The position numbers and the translations under genes are program-made. Shown here in pieces: positions 1 through 12,686 of a stretch of 64,000 nucleotides of DNA (position 1 is the first letter of the stretch; every line of letters starts with the position of its first letter). The notes beneath the pieces are model-generated. The model worked only from the letters and a program-made list of their open reading frames with translations, made no database searches and was not told the DNA's origin. This DNA comes from Phoronis australis (taxonomy: Eukaryota; Animalia; Phoronida), in the NCBI GenBank assembly GCA_002633005.1, contig NMRA01000680.1:135913-199912 (forward strand), written 5' to 3'.

Positions 1-1617
1 GGGTTGTATGAAATTTCAATAAATTCTTTCCTTAAAAGGATTCTAAACCCTAATTTGATGATTTCAACCAGTCCTCGTGCTTTCACTTGCTGACTGATGC
101 ATCATTGGCGTCAATCTTCAAAGATAAAGCAGGAATCAACATACCCGCTATCTCACGAATTGGAACTAATGGTCCTTGGTGAATTTTTTTCCCACAGATG
201 CTGCGTAACTCGCTGAAAGCGTAGGTCACGCTTGCCTCTTTAGCAGAATTTGTAAGTTTCCTAAATTTCCTAAAACGTTAGAGGATTGTCGAGCCGTTAC
301 AGAGCCTTATTTTGTTTCAGAGAACTAGATGGGAAAGTCGTTTTTAGTACATGTACATGTATCTGTTAATAGTACAACACCGTGTTTGGTACATGTATAC
401 TTTTAACTTGGAAGATTGGTACGCTTTGTGCGTTCTGAAAGGCCTGACCATAGCGGGACACGTTCCTCGCAAGATTAGCAAATGTTTTGCGTTCTTTTTG
501 AAGCACTGTGGAAGTTTGAAGTGTACAGCCATAGACATAGCGGCGATGCTCGTGGTCTAGAGATTCCGCGCACAACGATTTTTCAGGACTCTCGGTTATT
601 ATTGATAAATTGAAGCAATTACTGTAGAATTTTAGAACTGTAGGTAAGGCATTATTCGCATATGTACACGTTCATGGATTGGGCATTTATTTTAGCGAAG
701 TCTGAAAACGAGTGGGGGGGGGCTTATAGGGGCATGGACGCTTATGAGGACGAATGTTATACAATGATTTCGGCTAAAATGACATTGTGCATTACGATAA
801 GAAATCAATTTCAAGAAATATGGTATTTCACTTGCTGTGAGCACATGGACCGGCCTTCCGCCTTTCCCCCCTTTTCTTCGTTTCGGACTAGTCCACAAAT
901 TCCTTTGGGCACGACCACAGATTGTGATCTTTTGTCTGGACGAATCGCGTAACGGGTGACATCTACTGAATCGGTAGAATCGCACTGCGCCGATGATTTT
1001 TTTACTGCCGGAGCATCGACACGCTGACGAAACTGAATCTTAAATTCATGATAAGAACAGCAAAAGGAGGAGAAAAGTTATTCATGTCCATCTGGGAAAC
1101 GATATAGTGCTTTTGCGCTATGAAAATTCGCTCGCCACCTGGGCGACCGGATAGTTAACTTCTATTCGCCCAGCACCATTTCTACTCGCATTGGCGTCTG
1201 GGCGAGTGGCTAAGTATATCTCTGTAAAAGAATACGAAGTAGGATATTGATGAATTATTACCTCCCCCGAAAGAACCGTGCTCACGGCCAGTGGAAGTTA
1301 AATGTAGTTAGAAGGCTACCCTGTCCCTGCCAGTCTTCACTAAGTCAGAGAATCCCATTCAGTATTCTTAAATTTAAAACCGCCGTTGGTCGCCACAGCC
1401 CTGACCCGTGCCCCAGAGTGTTGTCCCTGCTTGAGAATGAGTCGTTAGTTAGGTTCAAGAATCATGATTGGCAGTGATTGGAACTGAGCTCATCTGTAAA
1501 CAATGAAATCTATGTTTTAAGACCTATTCAACTCTTGCATACACTTTAAATGGCTACTAAATGTACACAAATACAACATTTCATTCACGTCAGTTGCGAA
1601 TCATTAGCAGACAGTCC

Positions 1618-1710
1618 GAGTAATGAACCTTCGGAGTAGTGATTCAGAAACATCAGAGTAGTGAACCGTCGGAGTACATGTACATGTAGTGACCCTTCGG
1701 AATAGTGACA
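1618..1710. repeat. Short ~16-bp minisatellite (gagtagtgaaccttcg-like)
   Basis: 4-5 imperfect copies. A similar degenerate array lies near 22645-22745. Confidence 0.5.
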
Positions 1711-2255
1711 AATTTGTTGCTCGTATGGAATCTGCGAGTCTGTGCACCATTGCCACTGATGGACTAGGAAACACCTTCTCCATTGACCAAAGTTTTATTA
1801 GGTCTAGACCTGCTTTCCCCTAATACTGTGAACATGCTCGTTTCCTCAGTTCAAGAACACAGTAGTTAAATGTCTGGTTTTGTTTGAGGAACGACAGAGG
1901 ACTGCTTATGATGAACTTATCGTCGGCCTGTACTGGATTTAAAAGAATGAAAACGCACACACGTGTACACGCGCATGCATGTCAATTCACCAATCCCCAA
2001 TCAAAGTGGACACTGAATGAACAACAATCATTTGACGGTCATCTTCAATTCGAAATTTGAAATGCCTGCACCGTACCATACTATGCCAGCAAGTACACCA
2101 AAATAGCAGATAACAATCATATTTTCTGCTGCTTTGTTTCTTGGTCGATTTTAAAACTTTCACGCCACACAACTTTTTGAGAGCTCTTTCGCTGCTTTAA
2201 AGCTTAGATGGTTATAGACATTTACTTCTAGACTCCCTTGTTACCCTATGGTGTA

Positions 2256-2664
2256 TCGTTGGCCGAATCGGTGAACGTTACTCCGTTAAATAACATGCGT
2301 AACATAATTCTTGTTGGAGGTGTATTAAATTGCGGCGTAAAACATTATTTGTGGCGTAAAGTGGTTATTTACGGCGTAAAGTAATTATTTGCGGTGTACA
2401 GTAATGAGTTAAGGCGTATTGTAACTTTTGGCACCTCAAATACTTACTTTATGCTGTAATGTAATAATTACTTTAGGTCATAAATAGTTATTTTACGCCG
2501 CAAGTATTATTTACTTTACGGCGCAGATAATTACTTTGCGCCGTAAATAATTACTTTACGCAGCAAACAATTACTTTACGCTGTATTAATTACGTAACGA
2601 CTCTAACAAGAATTAACTTACGCACGTAATTTAACGGCGTAACGTTTACCCATTTGGCCAACGA
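2256..2664. mobile_element. Fold-back MITE with TA target-site duplication
   Basis: About 65-bp imperfect TIRs (tcgttggccgaatcggtgaacgttactccgttaaat... / ...atttaacggcgtaacgtttacccatttggccaacga) flanked by TA on both sides. Internal ~21-bp repeats are arranged in inverted orientation. Confidence 0.8.
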
Positions 2665-3945
2665 TAATATCGACGATAATGGTGTAGCAACCACACAATG
2701 ACAATGATTGACGTAAAGCCTCCTCTAATCGTCTGCACAATCCTGTCATCTGCGCAAACACCCCTCGGACGAAGTTGGGCCCTGGGGACGGGAAGGGCCC
2801 GATGATTACGCGAAGCGCTTTGAATCAGAAGCAAATTGGTTTTAACTTAGTTGTAATTAGTAGTTGTAGTAGCTGCAACAGTTTTGTTACTGTTGTTGTC
2901 CATCTATATCCTATCTCTAACTTATGGGTTGGGGCTTGATCTTTTGCGCGGGGAAGGGTGTTCAATTGAGCCCCCCGCCCCGAACACCCCTGGCTACGGG
3001 CCTGTAGTCGGCTGTTGTGTTCTTGTATAGGCTGGGCTATGGTGATGATTATCACGTGACTAGGGCAGCGGGGAGGCAGTTCTATCAGTGGCTGAAAGAG
3101 GCAATCGGGATATTATATCCAGGGTTGTGTCGTCTTAAATTTGTTTAGACGGTCGTTTCTTGGCGTATTGGTGACAAACAGTTTGGGTAGGTGGGTTTTT
3201 AGAGTCAATTTGAACAATTGCCACGTGTACAGCATGTCAGTTGCAATGTTTGCCTCTCACAAAATGTAGCGGTTCTTCTATGACATTGTATTGTTTGGTT
3301 CCAATCCGTCCAGACGACAGTGGTTTCTAAATTAGACTGGTCCAAATATCAGTCTAATCCATTTTTATGCCTTTGCGTGTCCATTTGTCGGGCATCCTGA
3401 CCATTCATCAGAAGAAATTAGTGGTAACTGGTTACCATAACACTGAAACCTATCACATCTGTTTGGGTTGTAGTTGTTCGGGTAAAGGTAATCTTAACTT
3501 AGCTAGATGTATAGAAATTCAGACGCTAAAACGTTAAAAAATTCACCATCTTTAGTCCACCGTATATGCATTTATTTAGTAAGTGTTTCTCAGTATCGAC
3601 GCGCAGTTATTACTATTGGAACATTGTCTGTACTCCACACAATAGCATCTTACATCAGATGGTCAACATTTTCTAATAGTCAGGAATACAAAGTTTGTGT
3701 TTTGTGTTCCACTGGCAAAGGCAACTCCACTTGAATGGAAAAAAGGCGGTGCGCAAGAACACGTAATTGAGATAAGGTGTATGTTTACGGTAGCTTTAAA
3801 TCTGCTTGTTGTGCTCTTACTCATATGGCGAATGTGTGTTGTTGTTTCCCAAAAATACTGGAAATCTAAATGTAGAAATTATGCAAATCTGTCAAAACAT
3901 CTTTCCCGTAGGAAAAATCAATCTGGCTATGTTCTTTATTTGCAG

Positions 3946-6900
3946 TTAGACCTGGCTGACCTGTCCTCAGTTAGAGCCTTTGCATCTGCATTTAAAAAAT
4001 CTGGTAAAGCTTTGAATATTCTGATCAACAATGCCGGCGTTTATATGTCTGAGCGAAAGTTAACAAAAGATGGATTCGAGATGACTGTGGGAACAAATCA
4101 TCTTGGTAAGACCTGTGGACCACATTCCCTAATGTCAATTATGCAGCCTATAACTCGGGAAATTAAAACGAACACACAATACAGAGATGACGTTAGCAGG
4201 TACTTTGGGATTAAGAAGTATTGTCATATTTGAAATGAAATAGGCTTTGGTTTTCTTGGAGTTTTATGTCGAAGTAACTTAAATTTCATTTACTGTGCAG
4301 TATACTTTAAAAATAACCGGACAACATTTGAACTTTGCAGTGGGTACTGTAGTGACCTGTCATGGCTCACCTGCAGTTATGTTGGACCTTCACAAGAGTA
4401 TTTGATCAAATTGGAAAAGATTATAAAATTTAACTCAACGAAAGTGTTTATTTTCTGAAAGCAGAAGCCTGCATAATTCAGTCTTGCCGTTATGCTAATC
4501 TGCTTTTGAATGTGTGGCTGGAACATGTCATTTTGTAGCAAAATTTCGAAAAAAGGTAAAATAACGGTCTCAGTACATGTACACATGTAGCATGATCAAA
4601 TATGAATGTACAAGATGAAATATTAAAACACCTTCAATTTTCTAAGCTTTCCTTTCGTTTCATTTAAAGGAGAATGCCACCCAAAAAACAACCTATTTTG
4701 TATTAATTTAGATCGAGTAGTTCTACTCGATAACTGCAGGTTCGGCTGCGTTACCTGACACCTGACGGCAGACGGGGGTGTTGAAATTATCCAATGACGA
4801 AATTGGTTTCACACGCAGTCTGTTCAACAGTTCACAACACGGGTTACTGGTGTCAGCTTATCGCTTAAATTCATCGTTTAACACCAAAAAATCATCAAAC
4901 TTTGATCTAAACCCTTAAACATACACCGAGTTCTTATAAAAACATGTTGTTTTATTTCGATGTTACGGATTTATTGGTTTTTTGACACACCATAGCCTAC
5001 AAAGTTTGGCAGGCCAATTTACCAAGGTTCGTATCAGGAGTTTGGGATCTGTTCGGAGATAAATTCGAACTATTCTTCTGTGAAATACAGACAGGAGAAC
5101 CTAGACCTGTGTTTTTTACTTGTGATTTTTTGAGCGCTTATCCCGGCCAGTAGCTCGGGACCGGATCAGACCCATCGCGGCCAGACTGACTCGTTATGCC
5201 TATCCCGGGAAGGGCGCTCGGAACCGATCAGGCCCGTCGCGGCCACCGGGACTGGCACGCACATAAACCGGCTTCAGTTGGAAACTAAACCCCCAGTCAC
5301 GAAAAGACTATAATTGTGAGCCGAAGAAATAATGTGCACGTAATTATTTATGTGAATTAGCCAAGAAACTGAAAATCTACTTACTTGTGGGGGCCGCAGA
5401 GACGGGTTCACCCTCCACAGACCGTCACAGGGCAAAGGTTGTACAGTAACAAAGATTCCCCTAACATGTGACCAACAGCTTTCTGTCAACAAACACTGAA
5501 TTAGCATGCGCTCACGCGGCCTCGGTGCCCGGTCAATTACCTTTATTGCCGGCATCAAAATTCGGTAACGCAGTGGTTTATTCATTGCTGGCTTCTCAAC
5601 ATTTGCACTCACGAATACTGCAAAGGCATTACAAAATGTATCTAATGAGACAGACGTTGTTTCAGTTTTTTATATAAGCATTGGTTAGGATGAGAATAAT
5701 TCATTTTTAAAAAGATCGCAGAATAATAAACGTCTACATGGCAACTCGCCCTGCGCCAATCCCGACTTAGTCAAGAGCTCATCCGACGAAGACTTCACGG
5801 GTCGGATCGTTAGGTTTTACTGGCTATCAGTTCGAACCGGAATTTACTGATCAAGAAATACTAGAGGCGCCGTGAACATGCACAGGCAACGGAACGTATG
5901 GATATTTCTTTGGTAAGCCGGAATTCGTCAGAGAAATCACTGTCGATCGACAAAATGCCGGCCACAGACACGGAGATGTTTCACGGCCTCATACTTGCTA
6001 TTAACAGCGTACCTTTCATTCTTCACTACCGAGAGTCACCCCCTAAGCATTTCGGGCTCTCGAGGAAGTCGAAAAAACGATATGCACGCTTTCTTTGCAG
6101 ATTCATAGTTCGGACAAGCGGAAACGATGCACCGCAACATAGCGGCATTCACTCTGCAGACGAACCACTGACGTCGCTTCGTCGTTTCTCACCTTCCTCA
6201 CAGGTTAACGCGGCACCTCTCGGCAAGGTGATGTCGACCGTGTAAGAGGCGAAGTGGATATAGACCGATTAAGACGATAAAAAAGACTAATTAAATCGGG
6301 TGGCATTCTCCTTAAACTGTATTTTTTCGTACAAACCAAAATTGTTCTCAGGTAAAAGTAGAACATTTTAAAAAAGATTTTTCGCATAGTATTTAAAAAG
6401 AACAGTGCACAAAACAGTCTGTCTCACATTGTGGTGCGATCAGATCTGCCATTTCTCAGACATGATATCCCAAAATCAGCCAAACTTGACAATTTTTTTC
6501 AATAGTTCTACACAACCTTAATCCTTATGAGTCGTGAGTTGAAGTTCATTTTGTCTAATGATCGTGGCATGTGCATGCACAGTAGTAGATGGCGCTGTGT
6601 ATCCTTTGATTCCCCCTTGCCTCTGCTTACTTTCTATGAATGCTTAGTTGTGGTTGAATCAGTGCAAACTTGTATTTCTGTATTTGTTAAGGGCACTTTC
6701 TTTTGACCATTCTTCTGTTGGATGACATAAAGAGGGCAGCAGCTGACACAGGAGAGGCACGCATCATCAATGTATCGTCGGCGATACAGGAAGACATGAA
6801 AGTTGGCCCCAGTGAGTAGTAAGATTGACCTTTTAAGATATCTCTGTCGGTTGAAGCATTCATTGGAGAATTCACGATATCATGACCATTTGTACATAAC

Positions 6901-9900
6901 CTACATGAATATGTACGCTGGAGTGGGGGAGGGGAGAGGTTGAGATTTTTGAGAACCCGGAAAGAAAAACTAAATGCATTGAAAATTTTTAGATTTACTT
7001 TACTAAGTCAGTGCATAGACTAATACCAGTGTTGAAGCAAATATGTATTAGCGCATAAAATGTCGATATACTGACCACAGTAATTCTCAAAATAATCTGG
7101 ACAACTTTGAATTATGAAAATGGTAATGCGCACAAGCCCGCGACAACTCCATTTCGATTATTAGTAGAAATCCTTTCAAATCCACAAAATCTCGACAGGT
7201 ATGACTCCACGCACTTTGTGGAAGACGCGACAACTTTTGTGGTAAGTCCGTTTACAAGCAACAATTGACGGCTTGGCAGTCTGTAACGTCACATTACCCA
7301 ATGACTATTGTTTGACAGTAATACTGCAACAGTTGACTATACTGATAAAAGGTCTATTCGACGACCTTAAATTTGACAGAATTTGACAGTATTCTGTCAA
7401 AGTCTGTCCATTTAATTTGAAAATAAACTGTAAAATGTTGTTACAATGCTGGTATGAGATAGCGGCCTGCGGGTTACTACACTGAAAGCGGTGCTTTAGT
7501 GCGCGTTTTGCTATTCAACGAAATATGATTTTCAGTTTGCTTAAAGTCAAATGTCTATGTTTATTGTTGTAAAAATACTGTAGAGTTCTTCAATTTATCT
7601 TTATATGTTGACCAGGTGCATCTTTTGATTACTCAAACATTGAAGAATTAACGAAATAAATTCACACTGAAACTATCATTTGCCAGTTAAAGGCGTCACT
7701 ATATCCGCGCTGCATAGAAAAAACTAAACTTTGGTTGAGACCAGTTACCACTAAAAACATGTCGCTATTTCGTCATTACTCAGAAATGATTCTGATCTTG
7801 CAAAAGCACTGACATTCTCGGCGAATTCAATATGTCCCGTGACAAGTCAACTTTCAGCGACTGGTCTCCGGTAATAAACTGAGCGACGAAGGTAAGTTTC
7901 TAAATCAAACATCGTATTTGCGTTGGAAGGGGTTGCTGTGCTTTGAAAATGTTACAGTGTGCCCTGACTGAAGTGAATCTCTCAAATTTTGGTGTTAATT
8001 TTTCTGTCCTTGATTGCCGTTTGGAATTTTTTATGAAACACCATGTAAAGAATACTTTGGCCACAGTAATTTTGGTAATTTTTTGTCGATTTTATGTTGT
8101 GTACCAACTTTTTGACGAGAAGTCTTACATTTGATTAAGACTAAAGACAACTCAACTGTCGAAAACAGTTACCATTTTAAGGCATTACGGTATTCAGTTG
8201 CTCTCCCAAATCCTCAGAATGGTTTTTGCGATGACAACTATCCTTTGTAAATCCTAAAAATACTAACACGTTTTTCTAAGTTTATTTGACAGAAATTTAC
8301 ATTTCGTCACTTACATACTGTGTTCTCTTTATTATATTTTCATTTCTTTGTAGAATTCAAGCCACTCGACTTTGACGACTTGATGTATTCAAAGAAAGGA
8401 TCCTTCAGTAGTGGACAAGCGTATCGTGACTCCAAACTAATGAACGTTCTATTCACCAATGAGCTCGCACGAAGGCTTGCTGGAACTAATGTTTTTGTCA
8501 ACAGCATTCACCCCGGTAATTGGAGACGATTTGTATGTAACATCATTTCTAAATTCTGTGGGTCTTTTTACACTGAGTTGCATCAAAAAAACTAAATTTT
8601 TAGTTAGTCCACTTGCCACTGACTGCCTAATGGGTCTCAATTTGTTCCTCACTCAGATGAGAAGCAATTTTGGATCTTGTTAAAAACTGAGATGCTGAGT
8701 CAAGCAGTGACAAGTGAACTTGCAGAGCCTGGCCTCGAGCAATAAAGTGGCTGACCTTTTTCAACCAATGAAATCACATCTAGTTTGACATTACGGCGTC
8801 TTCCCGTTGCTCCCAACTTGTTCGATTCTATAGCCCAACAACAATTTGGGAAGTTTACCCCTGTAGCCAAGAACTTACACGACTGATTAACTCCCTTCTT
8901 CCATTTATAGTTGGAGGGCCAGCTCTGTTTTGTTCGATAATTGCCCTAATCTCCAATAAGATCATATCTAGCCTGACTGAGTTGTGCTCTTAAAAATAAA
9001 AGTTAAGTTATAACATATTTGAACATAAACCAATAGAATTTCAGAATTCTTCGTCAAATGCTGGTCATGTTTAATTTTTGAATCGCCAAAATCGCCCAAA
9101 TACAACCGAAGTTACGACAATCTATTCTTTCCGATCATAGGCCTACCAATTTGCTCTGGGTTTGACTGTGTTCACACGTGGTCTATTATAAGCCTGCTAG
9201 AAAATTGGCCTGCCTGTTGTCATACCAGACAAAACACTGTGCTTGAAGTTAACAATGAGGCTAGATGTTATCACACGCTCACAACCCTCTACATGTACGT
9301 CTGGTAAAGTCACTGAACGGGAGAACGCCGTCATGGCTAAGGAGCACGTAGAGACCAATTGGATAGCACGTCTCCACAAAATTTATTGGAAGGCGGGTTC
9401 ATAGCTGCCTTTAAAGTAATCGGCTTGGCCTGGCAAGAGTGGATTTATCAACTCAACTGTTAACTGGTGTTCCTGCATTGTCATTTTGAATGTTTTACTA
9501 TGAATTGAAGAACCCTGTGGTCACGCTAACTATAGGAGCTCTGTTTTGTCTATTTAACAAAGCAAGTCCCTAATATTTTATGCTATGTTTTACCTTTTGG
9601 TGAAAATTCTTACTAAGGTTTAGAGTACTAAACACCAACTAAAATAGCCAAAATCTCTTATTTCCTTGTTTCAAAGATTTGATGTATTCTGTCATTCTAC
9701 TATGAAAATAAAAGAAAAGCCTGACTTACATTTTGTAAAATACTTTGTTTTGTTGAGATGTTTCGCAGATAATTTCATTGTTCCATCCCCCAACTATGTT
9801 CCGACTAGAAGCTTGAAGTTCTTATTTTGCATTTGTCATTTTTCGTGATTTTTAGGTGCGGTGCCAGAAACATCGATTTTTAGGAACTTGTCAGCATGCC

Positions 9901-10923
9901 TGAAGTGTATGCTTTCCTGCCTAACCCCGTGCTTAATGTGTTGCTGCGGAGCTCGGACCTCTGAGCAAAGTGCTGCAATGTTGTGCGATTTAGCAACATC
10001 GGACAAGTACAAAGGTAAGGGACACTAGCTAACTAAATAATTTATGAAGAGAGCTCTCATTTGGCCGCCGGCTGTCCACTGGAGAACTCTGTCAGAAGCA
10101 AGTTTTGAAAACACACCCATGTATAACCCATTGTTCATGATGCACTCTCACTTCGTTCTTTTTGAACGTTAACATCATTCGGATAAGTGCAGTTGTGTGC
10201 TGCACAATTCAAGACCGCGTATTGCTCAGGCAGGTTAACTTGGGACATATCAACACAGGGACAGCAGTTGCAGTGCACGTTATGTCTCTTTCTGTTGTTG
10301 TAGTTAAACGATTTTACCGTAACAAAAATGTTCAATTTTCCATGAAAGTTTTCGTGTTTATAGCCCACAGTGTCTTAAATGGCCGGGAAAATGTTGACAG
10401 GACGAGACAGTGGGTAGTTATCGCTGTCAGTCATCTCTGTTCCCTAGGCCCCAAACAAAAGGAGCAAAAAAGTCAACTGGCTATTATTATCCAAACCAGT
10501 AAGAAACATTCGTAGTTTCCGGTTGGGGAATTAGATGTAGCACCATAGTATCTCAACATCGTTCTCCCATTTATGAGGCATAATGTTCCAAGTTTGCTAA
10601 AATTTGATTTTTTTCTATATACACTTGCGCACTGGTAAGGGATGGTGATGCCCAGAAAGCTTGGTAACTTTCATGCATTTAAGTCTCACGGGAATCCTTG
10701 GGCAGAGTTAAAAATAAAGAACCATTCTCTACACGTTGCTTTTCCAGGAGTCACTGGTGCGTATTTCAGAGACGGAAAGGAGGCTACTCCCTCGCAGGAA
10801 GCATTACAAGAGGACATTCAAGAGAGATTATGGTCCGTCAGTGCGGACCTAGTACAACTCCAGCCCTCTGATAACCCACCACACAGCAGTGAGGACCCAC
10901 TGTTATCCCAAAACAGCTATTGA
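3946..10923 (+). CDS. Short-chain dehydrogenase/reductase, retinol dehydrogenase (RDH11/12/13/14)-like; spliced, N-terminal exon(s) not located
   Basis: Phase-consistent GT-AG exons: 3946-4105 (alternative acceptor 3912; LDLADLSSVRAFA...ILINNAG...DGFEMTVGTNHL), 6692-6811 (GHFLLT...ARIINVSS), 8354-8515 (AYRDSK = YxxxK catalytic motif, LFTNELARRL, VNSIHPG), 9856-10014 and 10748-10923 (GVTGAYF...QERLWSVS, stop). These are hallmark motifs of the RDH/WWOX-like classical SDRs. Confidence 0.9.
4668..6312 (+). mobile_element. Non-autonomous DNA transposon, Kolobok-like
   Basis: Perfect 15-bp TIR aggagaatgccaccc / gggtggcattctcct, left flank TTAA, right flank TAAA, no transposase ORF; lies in an SDR intron. 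Confidence 0.75.
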
Positions 10924-11296
10924 ACCTAATCGTTGATTCTCCTGGGCCATTAATTTGAAAGTTTCTGGAAGTGTCACTCATCAATAATAATTGAATACAC
11001 AGAAACAATTAAATAGGTAAAAACTGACCTAAACCAAATGTACTGGACAGCCATACGCATAAACTTCAATTGGTATAATATTTACTGTTTTGACTAATTG
11101 TTTCTTGTATTTGCATGCATAACATGAGTCAGAGCAATTTTTGCTATTTTTCTAGATCAGGAAAAAATAGTCACTTTGCTGAGAATTTGATCCGTCAGTT
11201 CCATTTAAGTTGATAAAAACAACGTACACAACATTAAGAACTGAATCTACATTTTAGTTGTTTGCTTTTTCCAGCAGAACAACTGGGCTTACTGAT

Positions 11297-11302
11297 AATA
11301 AA
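11297..11302 (+). promoter_or_regulatory. Candidate polyadenylation signal of the SDR gene
   Basis: AATAAA about 375 nt after the stop codon at 10923; position only, no transcript evidence. Confidence 0.35.
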
Positions 11303-12395
11303 TCCATGAACATTACAATGACTGTAAGTGTAGTCGTTCATTCACACATGCACACACAGGGGCTTATAATTCTTCTATTCTCACGTTTACTATTCTCAAG
11401 GAAAACAAGCTTTTCAACTTTATAGTAATCTAATACTTCTGTCTTGAACGTGGTCTGGAGTTATTGGGTTTTTGTTTGAAAACATGCAACATAAACTATG
11501 GACATGTAGTTTAAAACAGATTCGTTAAAGTAATGTAATGTTTCAATTCTCTTTTGAACTTGACAAAACAAGGTGTGCTGCTATTGGGTTTTTGTTTGTA
11601 AATATACAATGTATACACTTTGGGTTAAACAGATACTAGAGGTATTGCGAACATTGAATCAGTCTTTATAAAACCACTAAGAGTTTTGCTTTGGGTTGTA
11701 CGGATACTTCAAAAACGCATTTCGACAAAGCCAACTTTGAAGAACAATTTCACCCAAAACATTTTCCATGAGCAACATCACTTGTATGAAAACATGATTT
11801 TGCTAACTTTTCAAAAATCAAATTTCTACGCAATTTTCATCGTATACTTTGAAATATTGCAATGTGGGATCAGAAATGTGTAGTTTAAGCCGGGGTGTAA
11901 ATTATACCTCCAATAATTTGGTAAATGCTGCCCAATATTCAGATTTGGGCTCGTTTACGTCCCAGTGAACTTAAGATAACGCCATCTGATTTTGTTCTCC
12001 ACGTTAGCTATATTTCCACAAGGCTCATCCAAATCGTTGAAAAGTGCTACCTTCTACTGTTTGAAAGTTAACGTGGATGCCACTTTAAGCCTTTAATTGC
12101 CATCATGGTTTATTTATTGTTAATGCTGTTTCATTTCGCGTACTGTATTTTCAACGACCACAGTGGAAAAACGTTTCGTTTTGTTTCATCTGTTTTTCCA
12201 CATCATACATTGATTTCTGTTTATTTCTGTGTGCTGATGTGGACAAAATAACTAAGCAGAACTGAACAATTCGGAAGTTCGGGTAGGCTCCACACACTAG
12301 GGCGCTATTTGACTTCTGTCATCCTCGTCCGCCATCTGTCCCCCACTCCCCTTGCTCATGTATGAAAATGAAACCAATGCAGTCGCTCACACCAG

Positions 12396-12401
12396 TTTAT
12401 T
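12396..12401 (-). promoter_or_regulatory. Candidate polyadenylation signal of the ZP gene
   Basis: TTTATT on + (AATAAA on -) about 290 nt past the stop at 12687. The gene is convergent with the SDR gene. Confidence 0.4.
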
Positions 12402-12686
12402 GTAGTCATTGAGGTTTACTTGCAAGTGATATTTTACAGTTTAAATGGCCAAGATCATTAATTCACTCATTCACTCCAGCTTATTTCGATACTCTATAAT
12501 TGTTTTCAAGTTGCACTCAAAACAAATTCAATATTTCACTCCAGTGTAGTCTAATACGTAAAAATTATTTAAAAATTCTCATTCTCGGCAAAAATGCACA
12601 AAAACTCGAGTTTACTCTATTACTTTCATATACTCAATATTGTTTGGCAAGTTGCACTTCCTAAACGAAAGATAATTAGTTTACGA

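Noticed and set aside
2330-2590. Regularly spaced short repeats resembling a CRISPR array
   Set aside because: No unique spacers, eukaryotic context, and they are internal repeats of a fold-back MITE.
5760-5815. Hammerhead/Penelope-like motif (ccgacgaagac...gtcggatcg)
   Set aside because: The catalytic core CUGAnGA/GAAA is not intact.
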